Of a DNA stretch of 64,000 nt, positions 19,401-26,761 are shown in pieces; the first letter of the stretch is position 1, and every line of letters begins with the position of its first letter. The position numbers and the translations under genes are program-made. The notes beneath the pieces are model-generated. The model saw nothing but the letters and a program-made list of their open reading frames with translations. It had not been told where the DNA came from and did no database searches. The DNA is from Tidjanibacter sp. (GTDB lineage: Bacteria > Bacteroidota > Bacteroidia > Bacteroidales > Rikenellaceae): NCBI GenBank assembly GCA_017396085.1, contig JAFQNC010000026.1:27843-91842 (forward strand), read 5' to 3'.

Positions 19401-19851
19401 GACTCTGTCGGCAAACGGCAACGCTTTGTCCTCGAACATCACCGGTCTGCCCAGCTCGTACACCGAGGCTGAAACAACTTGGACCGCAACCGATGATTCG
19501 GGTAGCGACACCATCACCTTCGTAGGCAATGTTTACCACAGTGCTGCCAAAGGTGTTATGTGGTATTTCAACAAAGGCAAAACCGAGATTCACATTGCCG
19601 CTGATGGCTTTGGTAAGATTAAGAAAATCACTCTTACTCTTGAATCCGCTCGTAAACCCGAGTTCTTGATTTGCAAGACATCTGATGGCACGCGTGTTAA
19701 TGCAACCGAGGTTGCCGGCACCAGTGCAAGCCCCATTACCTTCGATTTCGAGGCAGCAGGTGTTAGTGCAGATGGTTTCCGCATCGACTACGACAAATCT
19801 TTGGGTAGCGACATCAAAGCTCAAACCGTAGTAATTGAGTACAGCAAATAG
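16456..19851 (+). CDS. Large surface glycan-binding lipoprotein (DUF4957/DUF5123-like, FN3 and beta-helix modules)
   Basis: Lipobox LAAVGC; LNRALSP N-terminus and GDPRW motif typical of post-SusD proteins in pectin PULs. Confidence 0.75.
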   Translation: MKKIFRNIALFAATALAAVGCAPEQGEIIDTIELNRALSPLEFKANVIASKGTDVEFSWEVMEGVEKYELQLFAAAKDAEGNTVAPNYDEASPIDTYIVLPEEVPYRVDNLTVDADFYARVRSCKTNLEPSKWVALEEDFSTFAVRNSLNPKVTERGTDYIVVSWDAAEDKGDLTSLRVAPVREGEEVVITLESADKEACSKRVEGLTACTDYRFELVFGKSGSRGITTGWTRPSDSGFNTVDTVEAIVNAVTGTVGDVKLLVEYNDGVPYVLPVFEDIQCNLYLVGKGTGDGKKPIINNLDIRPKVAIEKIHIEDLTLDGVNTAGFVVDNKGAKITELALVNCEITGYTKGVLYGSGGNTSGCDDIRIEGCYIHDLNNELAANGNAIGGGDLLDFRNGEYKNFNIVNNTWSYCGRSFLRIDIATESIVVANNTFNAVGIAANTNGIFYVTKVAPQAFTSSKNVFLNMNSDIEAVVAKVGLGKNGSGGFAPKFENCYFFNVASTYFNGSKYTAWGAETTFGEADALADGGKILTEDPCVNSAGAKFYLNTTSDISAKKVGDPRWWNAQQPVIIRATELTLVSEPYVWDFTTKSKFDTETLEKATIIDNVRIYATAEVPAEVVMGEGVKFSKGAMVGANGEPEYSAVGVLTEGYGAIVVTAQGESGIETMQVLAGGDRYTILADGEPHKVVLGDLAGENNIYVLASSAVTLTKVEWTKDITPDQTVFPLAKPAINLSASSLDEGTAEAVTVSWEAVENADKYVLSGLGQTLEFAATEELSLTVPAEQVAVLPVGEYPITLTAYPVETSSKYCASETATATFKIKEVVLGAPVTLTWDFSSAAWADVIAEIKNDKSCTTYNKTIDGLTLSTATKYLQAANNYIQMGGSGSTTERVFTFTAPANGTLKVTVAGAGKEDLNRNVVVQVGLEGEATKQVGGVWPDATELTWDITSNGETVYIYTDAGLRFYKIEYTYVQAAAQDYVMTLSANGNALSSNITGLPSSYTEAETTWTATDDSGSDTITFVGNVYHSAAKGVMWYFNKGKTEIHIAADGFGKIKKITLTLESARKPEFLICKTSDGTRVNATEVAGTSASPITFDFEAAGVSADGFRIDYDKSLGSDIKAQTVVIEYSK

Positions 19852-19883
19852 GCATCGGCCTAATTGAAACCTTATTTCAGCGC

Positions 19884-19919
19884 AAGGGCTGCCCGCAAGG
19901 GTGGCCCTTTGCTGTTTTT
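19884..19919 (+). terminator. Intrinsic terminator of the susC-susD-lipoprotein operon
   Basis: AAGGGCTGCCC-GCAA-GGGTGGCCCTT followed by TGCTGTTTTT. Confidence 0.8.
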
Positions 19920-19920
19920 A

Positions 19921-20426
19921 GAAGAGGGCAGAAAGGGCAGGAAGAGTAATTAGTAATTAGTAAAGAGTAATTAGTAAATACTTTTCTATGCTTTGGTAGC
20001 ACCACTTAAGTACTCCTCCCCTACGACAGGGGAGGCTGGGAGGGGTGGTCGAAATTGCGCTCGGCCCCGTGCACGTCCCCCTCTAAGTTAGAGGGGGTGC
20101 CACGGAGTGGCGGGGGCGTCTGTTTTGGGTAGGGCCACTAAGGACCTTAAAGCCATTAAAGTCCTTAAGGCCATTAAGGCAGACGGCAGACAGCGCCTTT
20201 GGCGCAATAGAAAAGAGCGGTAGATGCCAACCGCCTGCCTCAAAGGCAGTCGTGGCAAGACGGAGCAAAGGGCAGAAAGAGCCTCTGGGGCTGCTGGGCC
20301 TGCTGGGGCCACTAAGGAGCTTAAAGCCATTAAGGCCATTAAAGCCCGGGTATCTTTTTTAATACCCGTAATAAAATGCGCCGCAGGCACCTTAATTTTC
20401 AATTCTCAATTTTCAATTTTCAATTC
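19921..20426. repeat. Composite intergenic repeat cluster (hairpin modules A, B, C, D plus 7-mer and 9-mer arrays)
   Basis: A 20012-20058, B 20075-20122, C 20209-20261, D 20348-20369; each recurs elsewhere in the window. Confidence 0.85.
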
Positions 20427-20439
20427 CTTTTCGCCCTTT

Positions 20440-20469
20440 TTGCACAAAAATCCCTCTTTTGTGTCAATT
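20440..20469 (+). promoter_or_regulatory. Second copy of the candidate HTCS site, upstream of uxaC
   Basis: TTGCACAAAAATCC-N7-GTGTCAATT; the -7-like TACTTTTA lies 38 bp after GTGTCAA, as at susC. Confidence 0.6.
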
Positions 20470-20498
20470 ATTCGTATCGCTTTCTGAAAAGTTTTTTG

Positions 20499-20518
20499 TA
20501 CTTTTACGATGCGTAAAA
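20499..20518 (+). promoter_or_regulatory. uxaC -7 element (TACTTTTA) overlapped by palindrome TTTTACG-ATG-CGTAAAA
   Basis: Perfect 7-bp inverted repeat at 20502-20518, 41 bp upstream of the uxaC ATG. Confidence 0.5.
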
Positions 20519-20559
20519 CTATGCACAAAACAATAAACCTATAAAATACTTTTCCGTGT

Positions 20560-21969
20560 ATGAAAACTTTCAATGACGACAACTTCTTGTTGCAGACCGA
20601 AACCGCCCAGAGGCTCTATCACGAACACGCAGCCAAGGTGCCCATCATCGACTATCACTGCCACCTCATCCCCGAGTATGTGGCCAACGACCACGTCTTC
20701 GAAAACCTCTCCAAAGTGTGGCTCGAAGGCGACCACTACAAGTGGAGGGCTATGCGTACCAACGGTGTAGACGAGCGTTTCTGCACCGGTAAGGACACCT
20801 CCGACTGGGAGAAGTTCGAAAAGTGGGCAGAGACCGTGCCCTACACTATGCGCAACCCCCTCTACCACTGGACTCACCTCGAACTCAAAACCGCTTTCGG
20901 TGTGGACAAACTACTCAACCCCACCACCGCACGCGAAATCTACGACCACTGCTCCGCAATGCTCCAAACTCCCGAGCGCTCGGCACGTGGCCTGATGTTG
21001 CACTACAACGTGGAGACCGTCTGCACCACCGATGACCCCATCGACTCGCTCGAGCACCACATCAAGTGCGCCAAAGACAACTTCGGTGTGAAGGTGTTGC
21101 CCACGTGGAGGCCCGACAAGGCTATGGCTGTGGAGAACCCCGCCAACTTCCGTGCCTACATCGACCGCTTGGCCGAGGTTAGTGGCGTGGAAATCAAGTG
21201 TTTCGATGATGTGATTGAGGCTCTCCAAGTACGCCACGACTTCTTCGAGAGCGTTGGTTGCCGTCTCTCCGACCACGGCATTGAGGAGTTCTACGCTGAG
21301 GACTACACCCACGGCGAGGTGGAGGCCCTCTTCCAGAAGGTCTACGGCGGTACGGCACTCACCCCCGAGGAGACCAAGAAGTACAAGACCGCAATGATGG
21401 TGGAGTTCGCCATTATGGACCACGCAAGCGGTTGGACACAGCAGTTCCACTACGGTGCCATCCGCGACAACAACAGCCGTATGTTCGCACAGCTCGGCCC
21501 CGACACCGGTTTCGACTCCATCGGCGACTTCACCGTGGCCAAGAATATGTCGAAGTTCCTCAATATGCTCGACAAAGACGACAAACTCACCAAGACCATC
21601 ATCTACAACCTCAACCCGAGGGATAACGAACTCATCGCCACAATGCTCGGCAACTTCCAAGACGGACGCTACGGCCCCGGCAAGATTCAGTTCGGTAGTG
21701 GCTGGTGGTTCCTCGACCAAAAAGACGGTATGGAGAAGCAGATGAACGCACTCTCGGTGCTCGGTCTGCTCAGCAGGTTTGTTGGTATGCTCACCGACAG
21801 CCGCAGTTTCCTCTCCTACCCCCGCCACGAGTATTTCCGCAGAACGTTGTGTAACCTCATCGGTAACGATGTGGAGAACGGTCTGCTGCCCGCAAGCGAG
21901 ATTGACTTCCTCGGTCAGATGGTGGAGAACATCTCCTACTACAACGCCAAAAATTACTTCAAGTTCTAA
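20560..21969 (+). CDS. uxaC: Uronate isomerase
   Basis: IIDYHCHL, GDHYKWRAMR, CTTDDPID and QFGSGWWFLDQ motifs. Confidence 0.97.
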   Translation: MKTFNDDNFLLQTETAQRLYHEHAAKVPIIDYHCHLIPEYVANDHVFENLSKVWLEGDHYKWRAMRTNGVDERFCTGKDTSDWEKFEKWAETVPYTMRNPLYHWTHLELKTAFGVDKLLNPTTAREIYDHCSAMLQTPERSARGLMLHYNVETVCTTDDPIDSLEHHIKCAKDNFGVKVLPTWRPDKAMAVENPANFRAYIDRLAEVSGVEIKCFDDVIEALQVRHDFFESVGCRLSDHGIEEFYAEDYTHGEVEALFQKVYGGTALTPEETKKYKTAMMVEFAIMDHASGWTQQFHYGAIRDNNSRMFAQLGPDTGFDSIGDFTVAKNMSKFLNMLDKDDKLTKTIIYNLNPRDNELIATMLGNFQDGRYGPGKIQFGSGWWFLDQKDGMEKQMNALSVLGLLSRFVGMLTDSRSFLSYPRHEYFRRTLCNLIGNDVENGLLPASEIDFLGQMVENISYYNAKNYFKF

Positions 21970-22000
21970 ATCAATACAAACCTAAACAACCTATAATATT

Positions 22001-23437
22001 ATGGCACTCAAAGCACTCAACAAGCAGAATGTGGAAAAACCCACACTGCCCATCAAAATACTCCAGTTTGGCGAAGGTAACTTCCTGCGCGCCTTTGTGG
22101 ATTGGCAAATCGACAAGGCCAACGAAGCAGGCATTATGAACCACGGTGTGGCCATCGTGCAGCCCATCGACAAAGGTATGGCCGGAATGTTGGAGCAGCA
22201 GGACTGCCTCTACCACGTCTACCTTGAGGGCGTTAAGGACAAACAGCCCGTGAAGGACATCCGCCTCGTCAGGAGCGTGCAGTGCGCCATCAACCCCTAT
22301 GAGGACTACGCCGCCTATGAGCAGATTTTCCTCTCGCCCGAGTTGGAGGCCACCGTGTCGAACACCACCGAGGCAGGTATCCGCTATGAGGAGGGCGATG
22401 ACCTCTGGGCTCTGCCCCCCAAGAGTTATCCCGCAAAGATGACCGCACTGCTCTACAAGCGTTTCAAACACTTCGCAGGCGACCCCACCAAGGGCCTCTG
22501 CATCATCTGCTGCGAACTCATTGAGAACAATGGTTCCACGCTGAGGGAGTATGTGTTGCGCCACGCAGAGTACAACAAGTTGGGCGCCGACTTCATTGAG
22601 TGGGTGGAGAAGTATTGCCACTTCTGCGACACTCTGGTGGACCGCATCGTGCCCGGCTTCCCAAGGGAGAACATCAACGAGATTAAGGCCGAGTTGGGCT
22701 TTGATGACAATCTGGTGGTTAAGGCCGAGTTCTACCACCTGTGGGCTATCGGTGGCCCCGGCTACGAGGAGGTACAGCGCAGGTTGCCACTCGACAAGGC
22801 AGGTCTGCACGTTATCTTTATGCCCACCATCAAGCAGTTCCGCGACAAGAAGGTGCGCATCCTCAACGGCTCACACACCGGTATGGTGCCCATCGGTTTG
22901 CAGATTGGTTGCGAGACCGTTATGGACGCCTTCAACAATGCCGACCTTGAAGCCTTCATCAACACGATGGTTGCCGAGGAGGTTATCCCTATGATTGAGG
23001 AGGACCAAGCCGAACTGAAAGAGTTTGCCGCAGGCATTTTGGAGAGGTTCTACAACCCCTACATCCGCCATATGCTCAAAACCATCTCGCTCAACTCGCT
23101 GAGCAAGTGGGAGACCCGCAACTTCCCCACCGTGCTCGACAACTGGAAGAAGGCAGGCAAGGTGGCCGAGAAGGAGCTCTTCACCTTTGCAGCCCTGCTC
23201 ACTCTCTACAGTGGCAAGGTTGATTTCACTCCCGATGACACCGCCGAGCACGTGGAGTTCATCCAGAAGGTGTGGAACAGCGAAGATGTGGATGCCACCG
23301 TTAGGGCTATCGTGGGCAACCGCAACATTTGGACCGTGGACCTCACCGAGGTTGAGCCCTTCGTGGAGAAGGTTAGCGGCTATGTGAAGGTGATTTTGGC
23401 GGAGGGTATGGCCGCTGCACTGAAGAAGATGTTGTAG
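22001..23437 (+). CDS. uxaB: Tagaturonate reductase (altronate oxidoreductase)
   Basis: QFGEGNFLRAF, SNTTEAGI, TLVDRIVPG and KVRILNGSHT motifs. Confidence 0.95.
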   Translation: MALKALNKQNVEKPTLPIKILQFGEGNFLRAFVDWQIDKANEAGIMNHGVAIVQPIDKGMAGMLEQQDCLYHVYLEGVKDKQPVKDIRLVRSVQCAINPYEDYAAYEQIFLSPELEATVSNTTEAGIRYEEGDDLWALPPKSYPAKMTALLYKRFKHFAGDPTKGLCIICCELIENNGSTLREYVLRHAEYNKLGADFIEWVEKYCHFCDTLVDRIVPGFPRENINEIKAELGFDDNLVVKAEFYHLWAIGGPGYEEVQRRLPLDKAGLHVIFMPTIKQFRDKKVRILNGSHTGMVPIGLQIGCETVMDAFNNADLEAFINTMVAEEVIPMIEEDQAELKEFAAGILERFYNPYIRHMLKTISLNSLSKWETRNFPTVLDNWKKAGKVAEKELFTFAALLTLYSGKVDFTPDDTAEHVEFIQKVWNSEDVDATVRAIVGNRNIWTVDLTEVEPFVEKVSGYVKVILAEGMAAALKKML

Positions 23438-23497
23438 TGGGCACTCCACACGTAGAACACAACGTAGATACATATCCCTACACGCTATTACCACACT

Positions 23498-23923
23498 ATG
23501 GCAAACGAAAGAGATAACTGTCTGTACTGCCGCAACAAGGCGGTGCTTGACGAACTGATGATAAAGATTTGCGACTTGGACGTGTCCACCCTCTACCTGT
23601 TCCGCGAGCAGACTCACAAAGGCAGGTGTGTGGTGGCCTACAAGGACCACATTGGAGAGCAGTTTGAGATTCCCGAGGCCGACTATGTGCGTTTTATGCT
23701 CGATGTGAGGCGCACCGCAGCCGCCATCAAGAGCGCATTCGCTCCCGACAAGGTAAACTTCGGAGCCTACTCCGACACCCTTCGCCACGCCCATTGGCAC
23801 CTCGTACCCAAGTATGAGGGCGGTGCCGAGTGGGGCGGAGTGTTTGCGATGAACCCCAAGCAGACCTACCTCACCGAAGAGGAGTATGCCGAGGTTATTG
23901 AGCAGATTAAGAGCAAATTGTAA
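23498..23923 (+). CDS. HIT-family nucleotide hydrolase
   Basis: N-terminal CxxC and HAHWHLVP histidine triad. Confidence 0.85.
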   Translation: MANERDNCLYCRNKAVLDELMIKICDLDVSTLYLFREQTHKGRCVVAYKDHIGEQFEIPEADYVRFMLDVRRTAAAIKSAFAPDKVNFGAYSDTLRHAHWHLVPKYEGGAEWGGVFAMNPKQTYLTEEEYAEVIEQIKSKL

Positions 23924-23938
23924 GCAGAATGTGAAAGT

Positions 23939-23986
23939 GTGGGGGTGTGGGGCCTACGAGGGCTGTCGCACTCCCACCCATTTTTT
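23939..23986 (+). terminator. Possible terminator/attenuator between HIT and uxaA
   Basis: GTGGGGGTGTG...CGCACTCCCAC stem followed by CCATTTTTT. Confidence 0.45.
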
Positions 23987-24020
23987 GGTCAAACGAGAAA
24001 AAAAAGAAAACAGCAGCACT

Positions 24021-25508
24021 ATGAAACGCTATCTGAAAATAAACGAGGCCGATGATGTGGCTATCGCTCTGGACGACCTGTCGGCAGGCGAAGTCATCGA
24101 GGTAGACGGCAAGCAGGTTACCCTTGCCGAGGATGTGGCCAAGGGGCACAAGGTGGCCCTGCACGCCATTGCCGAGGGGGAGAATGTGATTAAGTATGGC
24201 TACCCCATCGGCCACGCCATCTGCCCCATTGCCGAGGGCGAGTGGATACACAGCCACAACATCAAAACCAACCTCCACGACAACTTGGAGTACACCTACA
24301 CTCCAAAAATCGCACCCAAGCACTACCCCGCCGACCAGCGCAAGGTGATGGGCTATGAGAGAAAAAATGGCGATATGGGTATCCGCAACGAGTTGTGGAT
24401 TATCCCCACGGTGGGCTGCGTGAACGGTCAGGCCGAGGCCATCGCCAAGAGGGTTAAGGCCGAGATGGACTGCTCCCACTTGGATGACGTGAGGGTCTAC
24501 ACCCACCCCTATGGTTGCTCGCAACTCGGTGAGGACCACCGCAATACACGCAAGGCACTGGCCGATATGGTACACCATCCCAATGCAGGTGCCGTGTTGG
24601 TGCTGGGCCTCGGTTGTGAGAACAATCAGGTCAGCGAGTTCCAGAAAGAGATTGGCTCGTGGGACGAGGAGAGGGTGCGTTTCATCGTTGCCCAAGAGGT
24701 GGAGGATGAGATTGAAGAGGGCGTGAAGGTGTGTGGCGAATTGGTGGAGATTACCCGCCACGACAAGCGCACCCCACAGCCTCTGTCGAAACTCAAAATC
24801 GGCCTCAAATGTGGCGGCAGCGATGGTTTTTCGGGCATCACGGCCAACCCGCTGGTGGGCCTCTTCTCCGATTGGCTCATCGCACAGGGAGGCACAACCA
24901 TCCTCACCGAGGTGCCCGAAATGTTCGGTGCCGAAACGATACTTATGGACCGCTCGGAGAACAAGGCGATTTTCGACCAAACGGTGTCGCTCATCAACGA
25001 CTTCAAGGACTACTTCAAACGCTACGACCAGCCCATCTACGAAAACCCCTCACCCGGTAACAAGAAGGGTGGCATCACCACACTGGAGGAGAAATCACTC
25101 GGCTGTGTGCAGAAGGGCGGTGCGGCTACCGTGGTGGACGTGTTGGACTACACCGACAGGGTCAAGAGGCGTGGTTTGAACCTCTTGCAAGCCCCCGGTA
25201 ACGACCTCGTGGCCTCCTCGGCATTGGCGTTGAGTGGCTGTCAGATGGTGCTGTTCACCACCGGCAGGGGTACTCCCTTTGGTAGTTTTGTGCCCACGAT
25301 GAAAATTTCCACCAACAGCCGACTCTACGAGTTCAAGCAGTGCTGGATTGACTTCAACGCCGGCACAATGGTCGAAGACGAGGATGCCAACGATGTGCTC
25401 AACCGCTTCATCGACAAGGTGTTGGCTACCGCCAATGGCGAGTGGCTCAAACACGAACAGACCGGTTTCAAAGAGGTGGCAATATTCAAAACCGGAGTTA
25501 CGTTGTAG
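24021..25508 (+). CDS. uxaA: Altronate dehydratase
   Basis: ATG at 24021; N-terminal SAF domain (GHKVAL, IKYGYPIG); GCSQLG, LGLGCENN, GLKCGGSDG and NPSPGNKKGG motifs. Confidence 0.95.
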   Translation: MKRYLKINEADDVAIALDDLSAGEVIEVDGKQVTLAEDVAKGHKVALHAIAEGENVIKYGYPIGHAICPIAEGEWIHSHNIKTNLHDNLEYTYTPKIAPKHYPADQRKVMGYERKNGDMGIRNELWIIPTVGCVNGQAEAIAKRVKAEMDCSHLDDVRVYTHPYGCSQLGEDHRNTRKALADMVHHPNAGAVLVLGLGCENNQVSEFQKEIGSWDEERVRFIVAQEVEDEIEEGVKVCGELVEITRHDKRTPQPLSKLKIGLKCGGSDGFSGITANPLVGLFSDWLIAQGGTTILTEVPEMFGAETILMDRSENKAIFDQTVSLINDFKDYFKRYDQPIYENPSPGNKKGGITTLEEKSLGCVQKGGAATVVDVLDYTDRVKRRGLNLLQAPGNDLVASSALALSGCQMVLFTTGRGTPFGSFVPTMKISTNSRLYEFKQCWIDFNAGTMVEDEDANDVLNRFIDKVLATANGEWLKHEQTGFKEVAIFKTGVTL

Positions 25509-25542
25509 AATTGAGAATTGAAAATTGAGAATTGAGAATTTT
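25509..25542 (+). repeat. Heptamer array (AATTGAG/AATTGAA)x4 overlapping the CE8 start
   Basis: Begins immediately after the uxaA stop codon. Confidence 0.85.
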
Positions 25543-26523
25543 AGGTTAGGGGCAATAGTTTTGCTATTAACCGGATTTTTGTGTGGGTGTGGTCCGAGCG
25601 AGAAGAGGACCCACTGGGTGGTGGCGGCCGATGGTTCGGGCGACTACCGCTCGGTGCAGGAGTGCTTGGATGCACTACCCTCAAAACCAGACCATTGGCG
25701 CACAGTGGAGATTAGGCCCGGGGAGTACCGCGAGAAGGTTACGCTCGATGTCTACAAGGACAAAGTCCACATCGTGGGCCACGATGGGGCCACCATCGTG
25801 TGGAACGACCACACGGGCCGAGTGGAGCCCGATGGGCACGTGATGACCACCTACGACACTTGGACCTTCTCGGTGCAGGCCGATGATGTGGTGGTGGAGA
25901 ACCTCACCATCTGCAACGATGCAGGCGAGGTGGGGCAGGCCGTGGCTGTGGAGACCCGTGGCGACCGCATAGAGTTCTACAACTGCCGTATGCTTGGCGA
26001 CCAAGACACCTTCTTCACCAAAGGCTACGCCTCAAGGCTCTACCTCAAGGGGTGCTACATTGAGGGCACCACCGACTTCATCTTCGGTCCCTCCATTGCC
26101 CTACTCGACTCTTGCACAATACATTGCAAGAAAGACTCCTACATCACTGCCGCCTCCACCACCGAGCGCAACCGCTATGGATACGTCTTCCGTGGGTGTA
26201 AAATCACCGCTGCCGAAGGGGTAACAAAGGTCTACCTCGGCAGGCCTTGGAAGCAGACCGCCAAGACGGTATTCATCGGGTGTGAACTCCCCGCCGCCAT
26301 CAGGCCCGAGGGGTGGCACAACTGGAACGACCGCAGGCGTGAGGAGCACTCGTTCTACGCCGAGTATGATTGCACAGGCGAGGGTGCCGACCGCAGCCGT
26401 AGGGTTGCGTGGAGCCACGCACTCACCCCCGAGGAGGCCGCCGACTACACCCCCGAGAACATCTTTGCCTTCAAGACCGGCTCGGAGGCCTTCCGCTGGG
26501 ATTGGATGCCGAGGGGGATTTGA
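25525..26523 (+). CDS. Pectin methylesterase CE8 lipoprotein (start codon uncertain, TTG or ATT)
   Basis: Lipobox-like FLCGC; QAVAV, QDTFF, DFIFG and LGRPW motifs; no ATG upstream of the signal peptide. Confidence 0.88.
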   Translation: MRIENFRLGAIVLLLTGFLCGCGPSEKRTHWVVAADGSGDYRSVQECLDALPSKPDHWRTVEIRPGEYREKVTLDVYKDKVHIVGHDGATIVWNDHTGRVEPDGHVMTTYDTWTFSVQADDVVVENLTICNDAGEVGQAVAVETRGDRIEFYNCRMLGDQDTFFTKGYASRLYLKGCYIEGTTDFIFGPSIALLDSCTIHCKKDSYITAASTTERNRYGYVFRGCKITAAEGVTKVYLGRPWKQTAKTVFIGCELPAAIRPEGWHNWNDRRREEHSFYAEYDCTGEGADRSRRVAWSHALTPEEAADYTPENIFAFKTGSEAFRWDWMPRGI

Positions 26524-26752
26524 AAATTCAAAATTGACAAAACGTTGTTTTGTCTAAAATGCTCCCGCTCGGCCGAGTCTGCAAGCAGCCTTTGCGCTCG
26601 CTTACTCGCATTTGCCAAAATTCAAAATGATTTTAGAGAGGGAAAACACCAGAAGGCCCAGAAGGCCCTTAAAGTCCTTAAGGTCCCTAAAGCCCTTAAA
26701 GTCCTTAAAGCCCTTAAGGCCCCTAATGCCCCGGCTGAACGCTAAACGCTAA
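26521..26752. repeat. Composite intergenic repeat: heptamers, module H (26560-26610), nine 9-mers (26649-26729)
   Basis: Module H matches the reverse complement of 50549-50599 at 44/51 positions. Confidence 0.8.
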
Positions 26753-26761
26753 AAAAACTAT

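Noticed and set aside
3622-26090. Nucleotide identity between the two CE8 domains (and between the two PL1 domains)
   Set aside because: Limited to conserved catalytic motifs under the same codon bias; not evidence of recent duplication.
26545-26745. Small ORFs encoding cationic (LKA)n peptides (also 20088-20402 and 29653-29850)
   Set aside because: They are translations of the 9-mer arrays, with non-ATG starts and no promoter or signal evidence.
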